Shown: one piece after another, positions 44,945 to 58,139 of the stretch | How the letters are laid out: the number at the start of each line of letters is the position of its first letter | How positions within the stretch are numbered: the stretch's first letter is position 1 | Source: Ancylonema sp. | Taxonomy: Eukaryota | Direction: 5' to 3' | DNA: 64,000 nt | NCBI GenBank assembly: GCA_050230475.1 | Contig: JBFLGF010000018.1 | Location: 1 to 64,000, forward strand | Position numbers and translations under genes: made by a program | The notes under the pieces: generated by a model | The model's input: the letters and a program-made list of their open reading frames with translations, nothing else | Told to the model about the DNA's origin: nothing | The model's database searches: none

Positions 44945-45535
44945 CTTTACTTGAGCCTTATTTTGAGAGGTGTCTCGCCTTCGCAATGAAGGTTAATAGT
45001 TTATGGATACATGGGAAGCCAATTGAACAACGATATACATACGAGTCATAATTGCGAAGTAATGATAGTCGTTATTCTCGTCATAACATTTCCCTATCCA
45101 TGGTCACCTCGAGTTGCCATAAGTATAATTAAGGAGGATTACTTTAAAATACCCCCAAGAAAAATTTGGTAACCTCACTAACACATTTTTAATGGCGATG
45201 AAGTATGGGATGCTGTTATATTCAATGACTAGTCTACAACAATTGAACACTCATTCCATGTCAATGTGAACCTTGGTGTCTTGTACCCATGCCAAAAGTA
45301 CAACAAATAACTTTTGTGGGATGTTTTATATGAGCAATCCGTTCGTCAATATGTCGATCAATGTTATGATAAAAAACCATGCTAAATCTTCATTATTTCT
45401 AATTTTTAACTCGACCACTGTGGTCAACGTTAATTTTTAATAAAAAAACGATGCATCTCATGAATTATTAACATTGTTAAGGTTAACCCTTATTAATCAT
45501 CGCCGGCATTATTAGGCCCTAAAAATGCAACCCTG
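44945..45535 (-). repeat. Inverted homolog of 34964-35665, with hAT-like terminus CAGGGTTGCA
   Basis: Block alignment by eye to 34964-35665. Confidence 0.7.
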
Positions 45536-45589
45536 TCGCCGAGCATATCTCCGAAGGGTAGTGTTATTCGCACTCCACCGAAAACACTA

Positions 45590-46237
45590 CCGTATTGGGC
45601 ACCGTAAATGATTTTTAATTAATTATTGAAACCCGAAAGTAATCATGTAAATTAATTACTAAATGGTAGAAAAAGGATACTCAAAATCATTAATAAAACC
45701 CGTTTCAGGAATCATTTACGGGAAATTCGGGGTCACTTGGATGTGACTCTAGATGTAAAGAAATGGGGTACCCGACAAAGTAGGCACGTGCAAAAACACA
45801 TTCTTGGACGAGCGACATTTACGATGTCAGAAACTACGTACCGGGCCCTGAAGTCCCACGATATGGGAAATCATACCGACTAGTCGCGCTACACGACAAA
45901 TTAAGACCATCCATAACGGCCGTTCAAGATATCGCGACTAGTACGAGTGCTTGCCACGTGGAATTGTGACGTCAAAATGTACGGTAAATATGTAAGAATG
46001 ACCCGGATAAGAACAAATCATTTTATTTTTAATTCGTAAACAAGGAAATCTTTTACGCTTTTTATTCCTACTACTTGGAATCATCCCCAAAAATCATCGA
46101 TAATAACTAACGGATTCATGGAATCATTACCAGAAATCATCGATAATAACTAACGGAATCCCGGGATCATTTTGTAAAATCATTACGAAAATAATTAATT
46201 TTGGAAAAACAGAAATCAGTGAGGGTGCCGAGTACGG
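45590..46237. mobile_element. Tc1/mariner MITE inserted in the left TIR of the MULE
   Basis: CCGTATTGGGCACC … GGTGCCGAGTACGG with TA TSD; removing it restores the TIR. Confidence 0.85.
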
Positions 46238-46804
46238 TATTCTCACTCCAGGCGCAAATTTACAGTTTTGCCACTTTCGATAAATAACCGCTGTAACGCT
46301 AACAAATACACGGATCCCACGGCATCTCCCGATACTACACGACTGCCCGCTGAATACCATTATCCAATTCAACACACGTTATAAATATCGTGTGGTTCAC
46401 GCCCTCCTTCTGCCCTCACCCACTGAATCGCTGCCACGGATTAATCGCATCGCGTGCATGCATCTCCATTCTCAGAAAATTTACGATGGATCGGTTGCTA
46501 TGACTTGAAAGTATTAGCGTTAAAAATAAAAAAATCAACAAAAAAATATTTTACCCTTCGCGTGCATTTTTGCTAGAAATATCATTTCGTGAATATTTTA
46601 TTATTCTGGTATCAGAAACTTGCGCCGTGTCATGACAACTGAAGCTATTCATGCCAGAATTGCAACGGACATCTCCGCTCTCAATTTAAATTTGAATCGG
46701 CGAAGAGCGGATAAATCGTGTATTGCGGATGACGACAGCCCGCAGTGACAGGTACGAAGACAGAGACGGGGTGCAGTCGAGGCCGAAAACGAGAGGGAGA
46801 GGAG

Positions 46805-47192
46805 CATAGATGGGTCAGCACCGTGCGCAAGATTTGCGCACGCGCGCCACACGCGCGCGCGAGCGCACGCGCGCGGCAAGCGTGCCGCACCGGGACAATT
46901 TCTGTAATCGACTGAAATTTGACTTAGCGAGTACTGACCATTTTGCACTGTAAGTAGTTCGATATAACGTCTTAGGCCCTAAATTGAATACTGCCACGTT
47001 GTAACCGGTTCACCAAACACATTTCATCATGAATTTGGAAACATCCCGGCACCCCCGGGGTGTAGGAAGTAACCCCCCCCCCCCCGGGTAATAACAATAT
47101 AATTTTAACGCCTATGGGTCAGCACCGTGCGCGAGATTTGCGCGGCGCGTGCGAAACACGTGCGGGACGCGCGCTTCAAAGACCCATCTATG
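46805..47192. mobile_element. hAT MITE
   Basis: TIR CATAGATGGGTC/GACCCATCTATG; perfect TSD GAGAGGAG. Confidence 0.88.
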
Positions 47193-47568
47193 GAGAGGAG
47201 GCTACCAAACATTTCACGTCGTTTCGCTGATGTGGCACACGCACGTGCTAAACGTAACAACGGGAATCGCTGCAAGGGGATGCGCAGGTTTCGTCATAGC
47301 GTGCGCCGGGTCAATTGTTCGCGTACAGCGAATATTTGTCGATCGGCAGTGGCGAAACCGGTAAAATTTGCGCCTGGAGTGCGAATAGTGTTTTTGGTGG
47401 AGTGCGAATAACGCTCAAAGATTTGCGAGACCGTAACGCATGCTCTAACACCCGCCGTAACACCCTTAAGCAAATGCTCTATGCATGCGGATGCTCTATG
47501 CAAATTTGAGTGGAGCTTGAGAACTCAACCCACGCACTGTGTGCAGCGTTCTTCCTGGATTCGTATAG

Positions 47569-50500
47569 ATGGGCGACGCAGATGGCACAGGGTTTGATTT
47601 TGAGCAGAGTATGGAACCGGCCCATTCACGCGGTGCTCCTTCTCACGTGACCGCAGCCGCCGCTGCAGCAAATGCGGGGCAAACGTGGAGTAACGACGTG
47701 CAAGGGCTGCCACAACAAAGTGGCGGAGGGGCGCCTGTCTTCGCTCCTGCGAAAAGAAACTTTCGACAAACAGTTTGCCGGCATTGGCTGCGATCGCTTT
47801 GCATGAAAGGGGACCAATGCGGCTTTTTACATCAATACGACAAGAGTCGCATGCCAGTCTGTAGATTCTTTGCAAAGTGGGGCGAATGCAGAGAACCGGA
47901 CTGTCCCTACAAGCACACTCTCGAGGACATCAAGGAGTGCAATATGTACGTGGTTTCTCATCTTGTTTGTGCCGTAGGTGGTTTGCATTTGCGTCGGTGA
48001 TAGCTGCAGACTCTTTCTGTGTCTGATGACTAAGTGCGTATGAGGAGCGCAAATTTGCAGTCTAATGTATTTAGGGTCCCAATTTTGCCGTATGCACCAT
48101 TAGACCTTTTCAGAGATAACGGTGTACACCATGTATTTAGTTTTTGTATATGTTACTTGTAATAGTCCATTCGTTGAAAGAGATGTTCAGCCGTTTCAAC
48201 CACATGGACACTTCACCACGTATGTACGTGAGAGTGTTTTGAGAAGTAGAGATAGGAGCCGAGAGCAGGAAAATATGGAAACTGTATATTTGTGTATAGA
48301 AATTAGTTTTGCTGTTTGGTTGGCAGACCGGTTTATCTGGAATATTCTGTATTCAGTCACAGTGGTTAAATTCTTTGGCCTTCAATAACACCATTCTCGT
48401 CCTTGTCCTTACTTCTACATGTTATTACACCTCCTTAACGCGATTCAACCTATCGCAATGTGTTATAAACCCCCCTCGAACCCCAACTCTTCGCTCTGCC
48501 ACAAGCCACAGGCCCTGCACCACAAGTTGCCACGTGTAGGCTCTGCTTTCTCGTAGTTCATGCCTAGCTAACCTGGATTGTGGGCCACATGTGTCAGGTA
48601 CAAGCTAGGGTTTTGTCCAAATGGGCTGGAATGTCGATACCGTCACCAGAAGTTACCTGGCCCTCCCCCTCCCATAGAACAGCACCTGCAGCGCTTGCAG
48701 CATCGCATGTTTTCTCAGCCTGGCCCCTTCCAGGTTCGCCACAAGTATGTCAACCCTCCTCCCCCAGAGGACCTCTCCTTGCACCACCAATGGCAGGGGA
48801 ACGGGAATGAAACCTCCCACATGGCCTCTGCTGCTCCTCCCACCAAAGGCGCAGGAGACGGGGCACAGACTTCCCACCACACTCTCCCACAGGCGGCAGA
48901 GGAGAGGCAGGGCACGCAACAAAAGCTCACTTCGACTTCTGCGCTGTTATCTATTCCACCGGGGAGAAGCAGGTAAGGTTCGGTTTCTCATCGCCGACGC
49001 TGGGTAAAGAGTTTGAGAGTTCAGCTGGGATGCATTCTGTGGCTCTCTGTCCCTCTTATTAAATGTCTCTGTCACTACCTCTGCACCTGTAGCTCTGGTT
49101 CTCATCGCTATCTGCTTTGTGGTGCGCAGGTATTTTATTGTGAAAAGCAACAATATGGAAAACCTGGAGCTGTCTGTCAAGCGAGGAATGTGGGCTACTC
49201 ATCGCAACAACGAGTTCAAACTCAATGAAGCCTTTGACACTTGTGTCAACGTCATATTGATTTTCTCCGTCAATGAGACAAGGCATTTTCAGGTACTCTG
49301 TTGTCCCTTCTTCACTTTCAGAAAGCGCATACTAATCATACGCATGTCACTTTTTTTGGACAGTATTTGCAAAATGAGGTGGTAGTAGAGCTGAAGAAAT
49401 AGGTAGAGGTGGTGTGCCAACTGCTGTCCAGGAACAACCTTGGGTGAATGGTCAGGAGCAGAATTTAATCCAGATTGCTATGTGGCATTGTTTCTGTTAA
49501 CTTCCCCCTTCCATTTCCTGGACTCTGTCCGTCGTGTTATATATTTCGTCCTAAGTATCCTTTTCGTCAATGGGCAGGGATTTGCGAAAATGGTGTCTAG
49601 AATAGAAGGTGTTCCCGGCGAAGGGGGTGGGTGGAAGTATGCCAACGGCATTGCCAATTACGGCAAAAACTTTGGTATCAAGTGGCTCAAGGTATGTTCT
49701 TGTGCTCACCTCACTCCTTCATGCTCTGTGTGCCTCAGCGTTTGCACTGTTTTTCTTATTGCTGTTGCTATATATATTTATATGCTGTTGCTATATATAT
49801 TGCTGTTGCTGTTGATATATGGATACAAGGCATAACGTCTTTGTGCGCCTGTGTCATCTGTGCACAGCTGTGTGAGCTTTCTTTCCATAAAACGGCGTAG
49901 TTGAGGAACCCGTACAACGAGAACCGCGCGGTGAAGGTGACTGCTGCATCCGCTCTCAAAGAATGCCTCTCCCATATTCTTGCGCTCGTTACATTACTGG
50001 ATGCACTTATTCTGCCTCTCCTTCCTTCGTCTCACCTGCCTCTGCCCTCCTGGCCTCTTCCGTTTGTCGTCCCCAGATCAGTCGAGACTGTCCAGAGGTG
50101 GAGGCCACGGTAGCAGAGCAGCTCACCCAACTCCTCGCAGCAGAGCCGGACATCCCCCTCATGGTCCTCTTCATGTCCCCTGCCACTCCCCTCCTGGGAT
50201 CAACCACCGATTCCTCTGGACCGCTTTTTGTGGCTTTTCCACCAGAAAGCGTTCTCAATGATTCTTTTCCCCTCTCCTTTGTTTCCTTCAGGAGACTGCT
50301 CGGTCCTCAGACGCTGTTCGAGCGCAGAGGCAAGCGCGCGGAGGAGGGTCGGAGGTGGACATGGATAAGGCCATCGTGCCCTTCCAGGAGGAGGAAGAGG
50401 AGGAGGAAGAAGAAGAGGAGGAGGAAAGCGCCCAGCCTGCTTCGGCTGCAGGTCCAGGGGCTCAGGGTGCAGGCGGGAGGGGAGCAGGAGGAGTTGGTGG

Positions 50501-50981
50501 GAGGGGGGGGCAGGGGTGGGGGAACTATAAGCAGCCATTCAGTGGGCCCGGGAGAGGGATGGGCATGGGGGGGATGCCCATGGGGCAGGCGGGGGGAGTA
50601 GGGCCAGGGATGCCAGGAGGTAATTACGGTATGCCACCCCCTGGCCCTGTTGGGGGTCCGATGGGGGGAGGCGGTGGGAACTGTCCAGGATTCGGGGCAG
50701 CAAGGCCGGACTATATGGGACCTGAATTCCCGGGACCGGGTCCGGGCAACTTTGGAGGAATGCACGATTATTCTGGTCCCGGGATGAACTTTCATCCCGA
50801 CTTTCAAGATCCAGCAATGATGGCGCGACCGCCCGGATATGGGAATGGTCCCGGATATGGGAATGGTCCCGGATATGGGAATGGACCACCTATGGCATTT
50901 CGCGGCCCCTCTGGGCCTGGGGGGCCAATGTTTGGGGGAGGTCCGATGCCAGGACTGAATATGCCACCTTACATGGGCTGA
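47569..50981 (+). CDS. CPSF30: CPSF30-L: three CCCH zinc fingers, YTH domain and G/P/M-rich tail; contains in-frame TAG at 49898-49900
   Basis: Exons 47569-47945, 48598-48972, 49130-49292, 49578-49691, 49868-49936, 50077-50163, 50292-50981 (GT-AG, in phase). RQTVCRHWLRSLCMKGDQCGFLHQYDKSRMPVC…; YTH RYFIVKSNN…WATH…FSVNETRHFQG…LRNPYNEN…ISRD. Confidence 0.95.
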
Positions 50982-51473
50982 CTACAATGTTGTGTGTATA
51001 AATGAAAGACCGTGTTGCGGTCTCCCGTTGTGGATAGCTCGAGGCTAGAATACTTGGATGGCGCCCACAATTTGAAATGTGGCAAGCTACTCCGGATTTG
51101 TCTGTCTTCTAGACATTGAAGAGCAATCCAAAGACATGTAGCGTTCTCAGACCGCCATGGTGATGATGCATTGCTCTTGTCTTGTGCAGATGTTGACCAT
51201 TGTTGGTTGCCATTTGCTTGCCACGTGTCGAAGTCCCTTTTGGGTTTTGGAGTTTGGATGTGCCCTTGTCTGTTTCTAGGAAGAAACACACACATTTAGT
51301 CAAGCCATCATTTTAAAGTCAATGCAAGATCTCACATATTGCTGTTAGATCGCATAGCCTTGGATTACAGTAACATTGTAAACTATCAACATGCGCAATT
51401 AACATGCGCAAGCAATTTACTCGACACATGAGAATATTACTAAACAATGTTTGTCATTTATGAAAATCATATA

Positions 51474-52008
51474 CAGTAAAACTTGTCTAAAAGAATACTG
51501 TCTAAAAGAAAAACCTCTCTAAAAGATAGGAAATGTCCCCTTGACGTTGGGGGAGTGTAATTATTCAAAAAGCTGCGTAACTGTCTAAAAGAACACTATT
51601 TTACCCCCGTACATAATAAGTATCTCCGAAATTGTGTATCTCCAAAATTGTGGGAAGTGAACCTGAAACGTCTGACAATACAAAATTGTTGTCGGAAATC
51701 ATTTGGTGGATGGTGCGAGTGCCTTCCACGTGCATAATATACACTGCATATGTTACCTCCCAAGTTGTGGGAATTTCATGTGGATTCGTTACACGACAAT
51801 TTAAGGGCGCTGAGACCGATATGTCGGGTATTATAAGGTGGAAAACACGTTTTGACAGATTCTGACCATGATATTGGCTTGTTTCCCATCGTGGGAACAC
51901 GGGAACGGGTTTTAGGACATTAGGAACCAGATCTGACTCAATGAATAACCCGTCTAAAATAGTATATTTTCTCCTTCCCAACAGTATTCTTTTAGACAGG
52001 TTTTACTG
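51474..52008. mobile_element. Tc1/mariner (pogo-like) MITE
   Basis: TA-CAGTAAAACTTGTCTAAAAGAATACTGT … ACAGTATTCTTTTAGACAGGTTTTACTG-TA. Confidence 0.9.
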
Positions 52009-52429
52009 TATTTTAAGTTCAATGAAGTCTTCTCCACGACAACATAGACCCTAGTCGCTTGCTGAGGTGACGTATGATTTCCCACTTGCACTGTAACCAC
52101 ATTTTAAAAAGTGTGTTATCATGATACTCACGTGACGAATCACTAGAGCATACATGAATTTGAGACAATCAACGGAGTTCTTATCACCTTTGAACGTAGT
52201 GGCATGTAGGGTTGTGCAACCTTAAAAACGAAAGCAAATTAGCCTTAATTAAGATTTTTAAATTAAGGTTTTAAACCCCTTGGATTTTCGGACCCTTTGA
52301 AAACCCTTTGTGGTTCCTCAAAAATCCTTTTTAACCCCACGTAACCATTTAGGTTACATACCATATGAAGTGCAGATCGCCAATTCAGGTATGCTGCCCG
52401 CAAACCCGAACCCTATACCTTCATCCGTG

Positions 52430-54910
52430 TAGGCTGCAGATGAGGTTGGGCACGTGTGAAATTTGACCACCCTATTCGACCTTGCGGTCACTTGGCACCC
52501 GGGCGGTGGGCGGCTGGCATGGTGCAACAAGAATGGGAGTCTTACCGTCGCCTCCCCCTCCTACGTCGTCGAGAGGGTTGTTCAGCTTCCCTGGACCTAG
52601 ATGACCTGCCCCTCCATGGTGTTCTGTGGCTCATCATACGGTTCGGGGTTCAGGAAGTCCACGAGGGCTAACACAGTCTGTGTTGGGTGTCCAGTGTTGG
52701 GTCTGGAGTGGGTGGCGGACGATGTGTTGCTGCTGGACTACGCGCAAGGGGAGGAAGAGCGGCGGCTGCTGGTTATCACCAACTTGCAACAGGTTAGGCA
52801 CCACAGGAGCAGAACCTTGTTGTTGCAAGAAGGCAGATAACCGCATAAGGGTCCTGTTGGAGTTGCAGGAGGACGGCCAAGTGGTGGTTGTGTCCCTTCA
52901 GGGCCTGTTCCCCAGCGTAGACCAGATGGCGCCTCGTCTCCCATGCTGCTTGCGTCTCTCCCCTCCTGGCGCATGTGTGTGGTGGCCTCGCCCGCATCCA
53001 TTAACGATCACGTCAACCTGGTGGGGTTGGAGGGCCATCCCCCTCCCCTGAGCATCAGCAACGACAGGTGGCTGCTTCGTATTCCTGTGGCGGAAGATGG
53101 TGGGGACACCAGCCTCACAGGAATGGCGATAGACACCACCCAGATGGAACGTTGCCTCACCAATCCCCGCGATGACACACAGCACCGTCGTCTGCCCCCC
53201 TCGCCAACCCTACTCTGCCTCACCAACCACGGACACCCGGTTGCTACTCCTTGAGGCGGTGAGTGACCGAGGAAGGGTGATCACCGTTTCCCACCCTGAG
53301 AGGTAGTCTCATCACCTTTTGTGGTGGGGGGATGGTAGGCTGGACGGTGGTACACGCCCTTGTTCCTCTGCCTGCCCCTCCTCCACCATCCGCCCCTCTC
53401 ACTGAGAAGAAGGAGAGAGAGGAAAAGCCTATCCCCGTCCCCACTGCACCTTCCCATCCTCTGCCACCTCCAGACCTGCACTCTCAGCCGTCCGCCCCTC
53501 TGGCTGCTAACCCCCCACCCATCCCACCTTCAGCTAAGCAGGCGCTTGAGGGAGGGGGGCTGTACAGTTTATACTCCCAGACGCCTTCCTTCATCCCGTT
53601 TGGTCGCCCCCCCCCCCCCTCCACAATCACTTTCGGAGCCCGGCCGGTTGCTGTGCCTGCCCCGGACCCTCCCCCCTCCTCCCCCCCAAAGCACACATTA
53701 CTCCCTTCCCGTCCTCAGAGCAGCCCTCTTGTCCAGCCCCCTCCCCCCCCCCCCCCCACTTTCGCTCCCCCTCCCTCCTCCCCACCTCGCTCCCTCCGCC
53801 CCCTTCCCCCGCAGCCTGCGACCCCTCTCTCCATCTTTGCTCCCCCTACCGGCAGACCCCATCGCCAGCCCCCAACCTACTCCAGCCCCGAGGCTGCACC
53901 CGCAGCCAAGACCACCTTCCCTGACGCCCAGGGCGAGTTTGAGTCAGGGGTGGAGAAGGTGCGTGCCATGGGGGCGGCCATCGATGCACTCATGGCACAC
54001 ATAGAGGGCACACCTTCTGCCACCCTCCCTCCTCCTCCCCCCTCCTCCACCCGCGAGTCCGTGGAGGCTGTAGAGGCAGGGCTGCAAGAAATGCGCGGAA
54101 CCATTGGGAGGTTGAGAGGGGAAGTGAGGAGGGTGGAAAGCGCAGGGGTGGCGCTCAAGGCACGGTTGCACCAAGGTGCTGCCTCCCCCCTCCCCTTCTG
54201 GGTAGCTCTGGGGAGACATATTCCCTCACCTCGTACTTGGTCCTTGTTTTATTCTCCTGGCAGCTCACGCGTCTCGTGTGGAGGTGAGCAGTGGGTCGGA
54301 GCAGCAGTCGCTCCTCCACCATACCCATCCTCTGCCCCTTCGGGCTGCCCAGCTGGAAACGCGACTCGTAGTGGAGCAACGCAAGGTGGTGGAAGGTCTG
54401 CTGCAGGTGGGCAGCCACCTGGCAGCCCTGCAGCTTAAGGAGCGCCAGGTGGCAGCATTTCAGGATTTCAGGTGCCAGCGGAGCACACCTGTGGCAAGGA
54501 GGCATTGAGTATAGGAGGGGATAGCAGCATGGCAGGCTCGCAGGCTAGGAGGATATGGAAGCGACTCATGGCTCCTAACCCCTGACTCCTGACTCCTTTT
54601 GGCTGCAGACAAAGTAAGGAGGTGGACCACCTCTATGCCTCCCTCAACTGCCAGCTGGCAGCTGCCCTGCATCTGGAGGGCAGCGTGCATCATCTCATGG
54701 TTCACCTCTCCACTCCCACGGAAGGGAAGGGGGGGGAGGAGAAGAAGAGGCGCCACGTTAGCAGCGCCCCTGTGAGGAGGGCGGTGGAGGGGCTGGACGA
54801 GGCGTGGACCAGGCGACCAGAGATGAAGGCCATCAGGAAGGAAGCTCCCCGCCACTCCTCTCCTCCTCCCTCCCCCCCCGATGCCCGCCACGCACTGAGA
54901 GTGCCTCGGC
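52430..54910 (+). pseudogene. NUP214: NUP214-like nucleoporin fragment (part of beta-propeller, Pro-rich linker, coiled coil), intron-containing and frameshifted
   Basis: Collinear segments recalled from plant NUP214: VLGLEWVADDVLLL, VSLQGLFPSVD, ASINDHVNL…DRWLLRIPVAEDGGDTSLTGMAID…LPPSPTLLCLT, IDALMAHIEG…VEAVEAGL, LYASLNCQLAAA. In-phase introns 54176-54263 and 54472-54608. Stops or frameshifts near 52600, 52940, 53240 and 53350. No FG tail. Confidence 0.7.
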
Positions 54911-55294
54911 GTTCTCGGGCAGTGGGGGCACTCACCCTATCTATAGGGACTTGCTGCGTACCCCTACTAGCTGCGTACCCACCCCCCGTAATATCGGGAA
55001 AACAGAAAAACTCTTAATGTCGCTGTACACAGGGGCCCAGTCCTTCCAAACCGTGGTTTCGTTATGCGGAGCGTGGGGATGCCTGGTGGCCGCAGCGTTT
55101 CTGGACCAGCTGCAGTCAGAAATTTGGCGCAGTATGCCTGCGGAGTCTCCATGCTTGCTGTTACATCATGTTGCCCTTCACCTGTTGCGCGCTGCGGAGG
55201 TATCCTTATCTTTATTTGCACTTCCCATTTTCATGTGCATTTATCTGCGTTTTGAGATTGCTTATAGAAGCTAGACTAGTCATTCCATACGAGT

Positions 55295-55695
55295 TAGTGT
55301 GCGGGGAGCTCAACGAAACCCTTTGGGCTTCGGGCTCAGTTTTGGGAGCCCGGAGCCCATTTCGGATCCTGGAGCCCATTTCGGAGCCCGGATCCCAAGA
55401 TCCGGGCACGGAGCCCAAAATTCACCCAAAAAAAATAAAAAATAAAAAAACATCAGTTCTCTCCTGACGATCTGGCCGTACGATCCGTTTGCTTTCCCGT
55501 TTTTTTCATGAATTTATGAATCATGGGCTCCGAGCCCAGATCTGAGCCCGGATCCGAGCCCGGATCTTACGTTCCGACGTGGGCTCCGACGTTTAGCTCG
55601 GAGCCGGAGGAAAAACATCCCTTTGGGTTCTGGGCTCAATGATCCCGGATCTTGGGCTCATTGGACTCATTGGGCTCCGGGCTCCCCGCACACTA
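55295..55695. mobile_element. hAT MITE
   Basis: TIR TAGTGTGCGGGGAGC; perfect TSD ATACGAGT; GAGCCC subterminal repeats. Confidence 0.92.
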
Positions 55696-55719
55696 ATACG
55701 AGTCTAACACGCAGGCAGA

Positions 55720-55869
55720 ACAACTGGAGCTCGAGAGCGAGACCGGCGAGCGGGACGGAAGTTGTAGTGCGGGAGAACTCTTGATTTGGCGCGGCGCAGA
55801 CGTGATTTATCGGGAGAAATTTAGTATATATTAGGGGTAAAATAGCTAACGATCTCAGATGTCGTGACA
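55720..55869 (-). repeat. Diverged terminal fragment of the tandem-array unit
   Basis: Homologous to 4107-4257; again ends at GTCGTGACA. Confidence 0.8.
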
Positions 55870-55989
55870 TAGATCCTTCATCCAGGTTTTCAAGTGAGGT
55901 TATTAATCCCCTGGATTCCTGGACCCTTGAAAACCCTTCAAATGTGGTATTGTGTATAAGGCTTAAATCTCCACGTTACCACTTATAGT

Positions 55990-56725
<736 letters not shown>

Positions 56726-58139
56726 CTTATAGTGCTCCCTCGAACAAGGACCCTATTTATAAGGACAACCTCAATAAAACGTTTGTTTTATTGAACCTTT
56801 TTATGATTAATATAAGTTCGCCCTCGGTGTGAAGATAACGACACTCTTTGTAGAGACAAAATACTGTAGCAATCTGTCATGGAATGCCCTTATAGTGTGT
56901 ATAGAACGTTATTTCTCGCACAAAACGATGTATGTGAATCGGGAAAATTTTAGGATCCAATAAATAAAAAATTACGTGGATAGATGCAAGTGATTAAATC
57001 ATGGGCAAACTAACATCCGACATTTTTTTCGGGTACCTTAGAGTCATGTCGATTTTAGTTTGATTGCCCGTTTGTTATGCCATATTAAAAGTTGTTGGTG
57101 GCAATCTTGTAATACCAATGTTGCATTTTGTATGTATTATGTGTTGACTCCATTCTACATTTTACTTGAGCACTAGAAAACGGACACCGGAGTGGAGTTC
57201 GAAAAGTTTAAAAATAAAAGACCCAAGTCTATTTCAAATCATGCCAGACTAGTAAACTCGACGTCTTTTCGATAAGCATAGAAACTTTGTTACTACCCAT
57301 TATTTGTATCCGTATCGCTTAGTTGTGTCGCCAAGCCGAGCTAATTAGTTTCGTTTTAGGCGAGAGCAAAATCTGGGGTCCATCTACATTTATACGTTCA
57401 TCGCCCGTTAGAATCAACAGCGGGGCTCGATGATTTGCTAGATCCGTGAGGATTGAAACTTTTTTCCAGTGCCTATGAAGTGTGTCAAAACATAAGAACA
57501 CACCAGCCAACCTCGGCCTATGTCTTGTATGTATCGTAGGCCACGGTTTGGCAATTACACTTGAGATATCATGATGTATTTGAAATTGATGCCGCATATG
57601 AAACTCTTACACAACAATTGTGGAACTTTAAGCATGAAAGGGAAGGAGGTGGAGACCACAATATATTGGTCAGCCAACAAACACTTGTATGAATAAATGA
57701 ATGCCATTTATTTTGATGGAGATTTTCTCGCAATCATAGAGTTTTGGTGCTTTCAGCAACAACATATTGGCGGTCTAAGTGCTGAAAACGGTAGCCACAT
57801 CCTTGTTTCCTTGATCATTTGATTAGTTTGCCCTTTCTCTAGTGGTATGGCATCGCCTTGAACTTTCAAGCATTTGCATGAACACGCACAACAATATACA
57901 CCAGGAAACGAGTCATTCGGACTCTTTTTGAGACATTCGGTATGTGTGAGTTACATACCGAATGTCGTTACACAGTGTAACGATTGAGACAAGTTGGTCC
58001 TACGAACGTGTATCTTCGAGCATGTGATTGCATTGATGAACGAGATTAACTTGCTCACAATGGTGATGTGGTGGAGAACAGCACCACCATTTTTTAGCCC
58101 AACGCACGAGTATCTTGTATCGCACCAGCGACCCATGTA

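Larger units (their letters stand above)
45559..47416. mobile_element. Mutator-like non-autonomous element with nested insertions
   Basis: TIR GTGTTATTCGCACTCCACCGAAAACACTA, continuing at 46240 after the nested insertion, matches the reverse complement of 47330-47414. No TSD recognisable. Confidence 0.65.

Noticed and set aside
49898..49900. Genome-wide TAG/TAA-to-Gln reassignment (as in some ulvophytes)
   Set aside because: It is the only internal stop across the four host genes, Gln is otherwise always CAA/CAG, and CDPK appears to terminate at TAG. The other three genes do end in TGA, so this is unlikely rather than formally excluded.
54920..55230. Coding-like - strand fragment next to the NUP214 piece
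   Set aside because: No recognisable motif; cannot call a second captured gene without a search.
57300..57950. Degenerate coding-like stretch downstream of PIG-S
   Set aside because: No identifiable domain in any frame.
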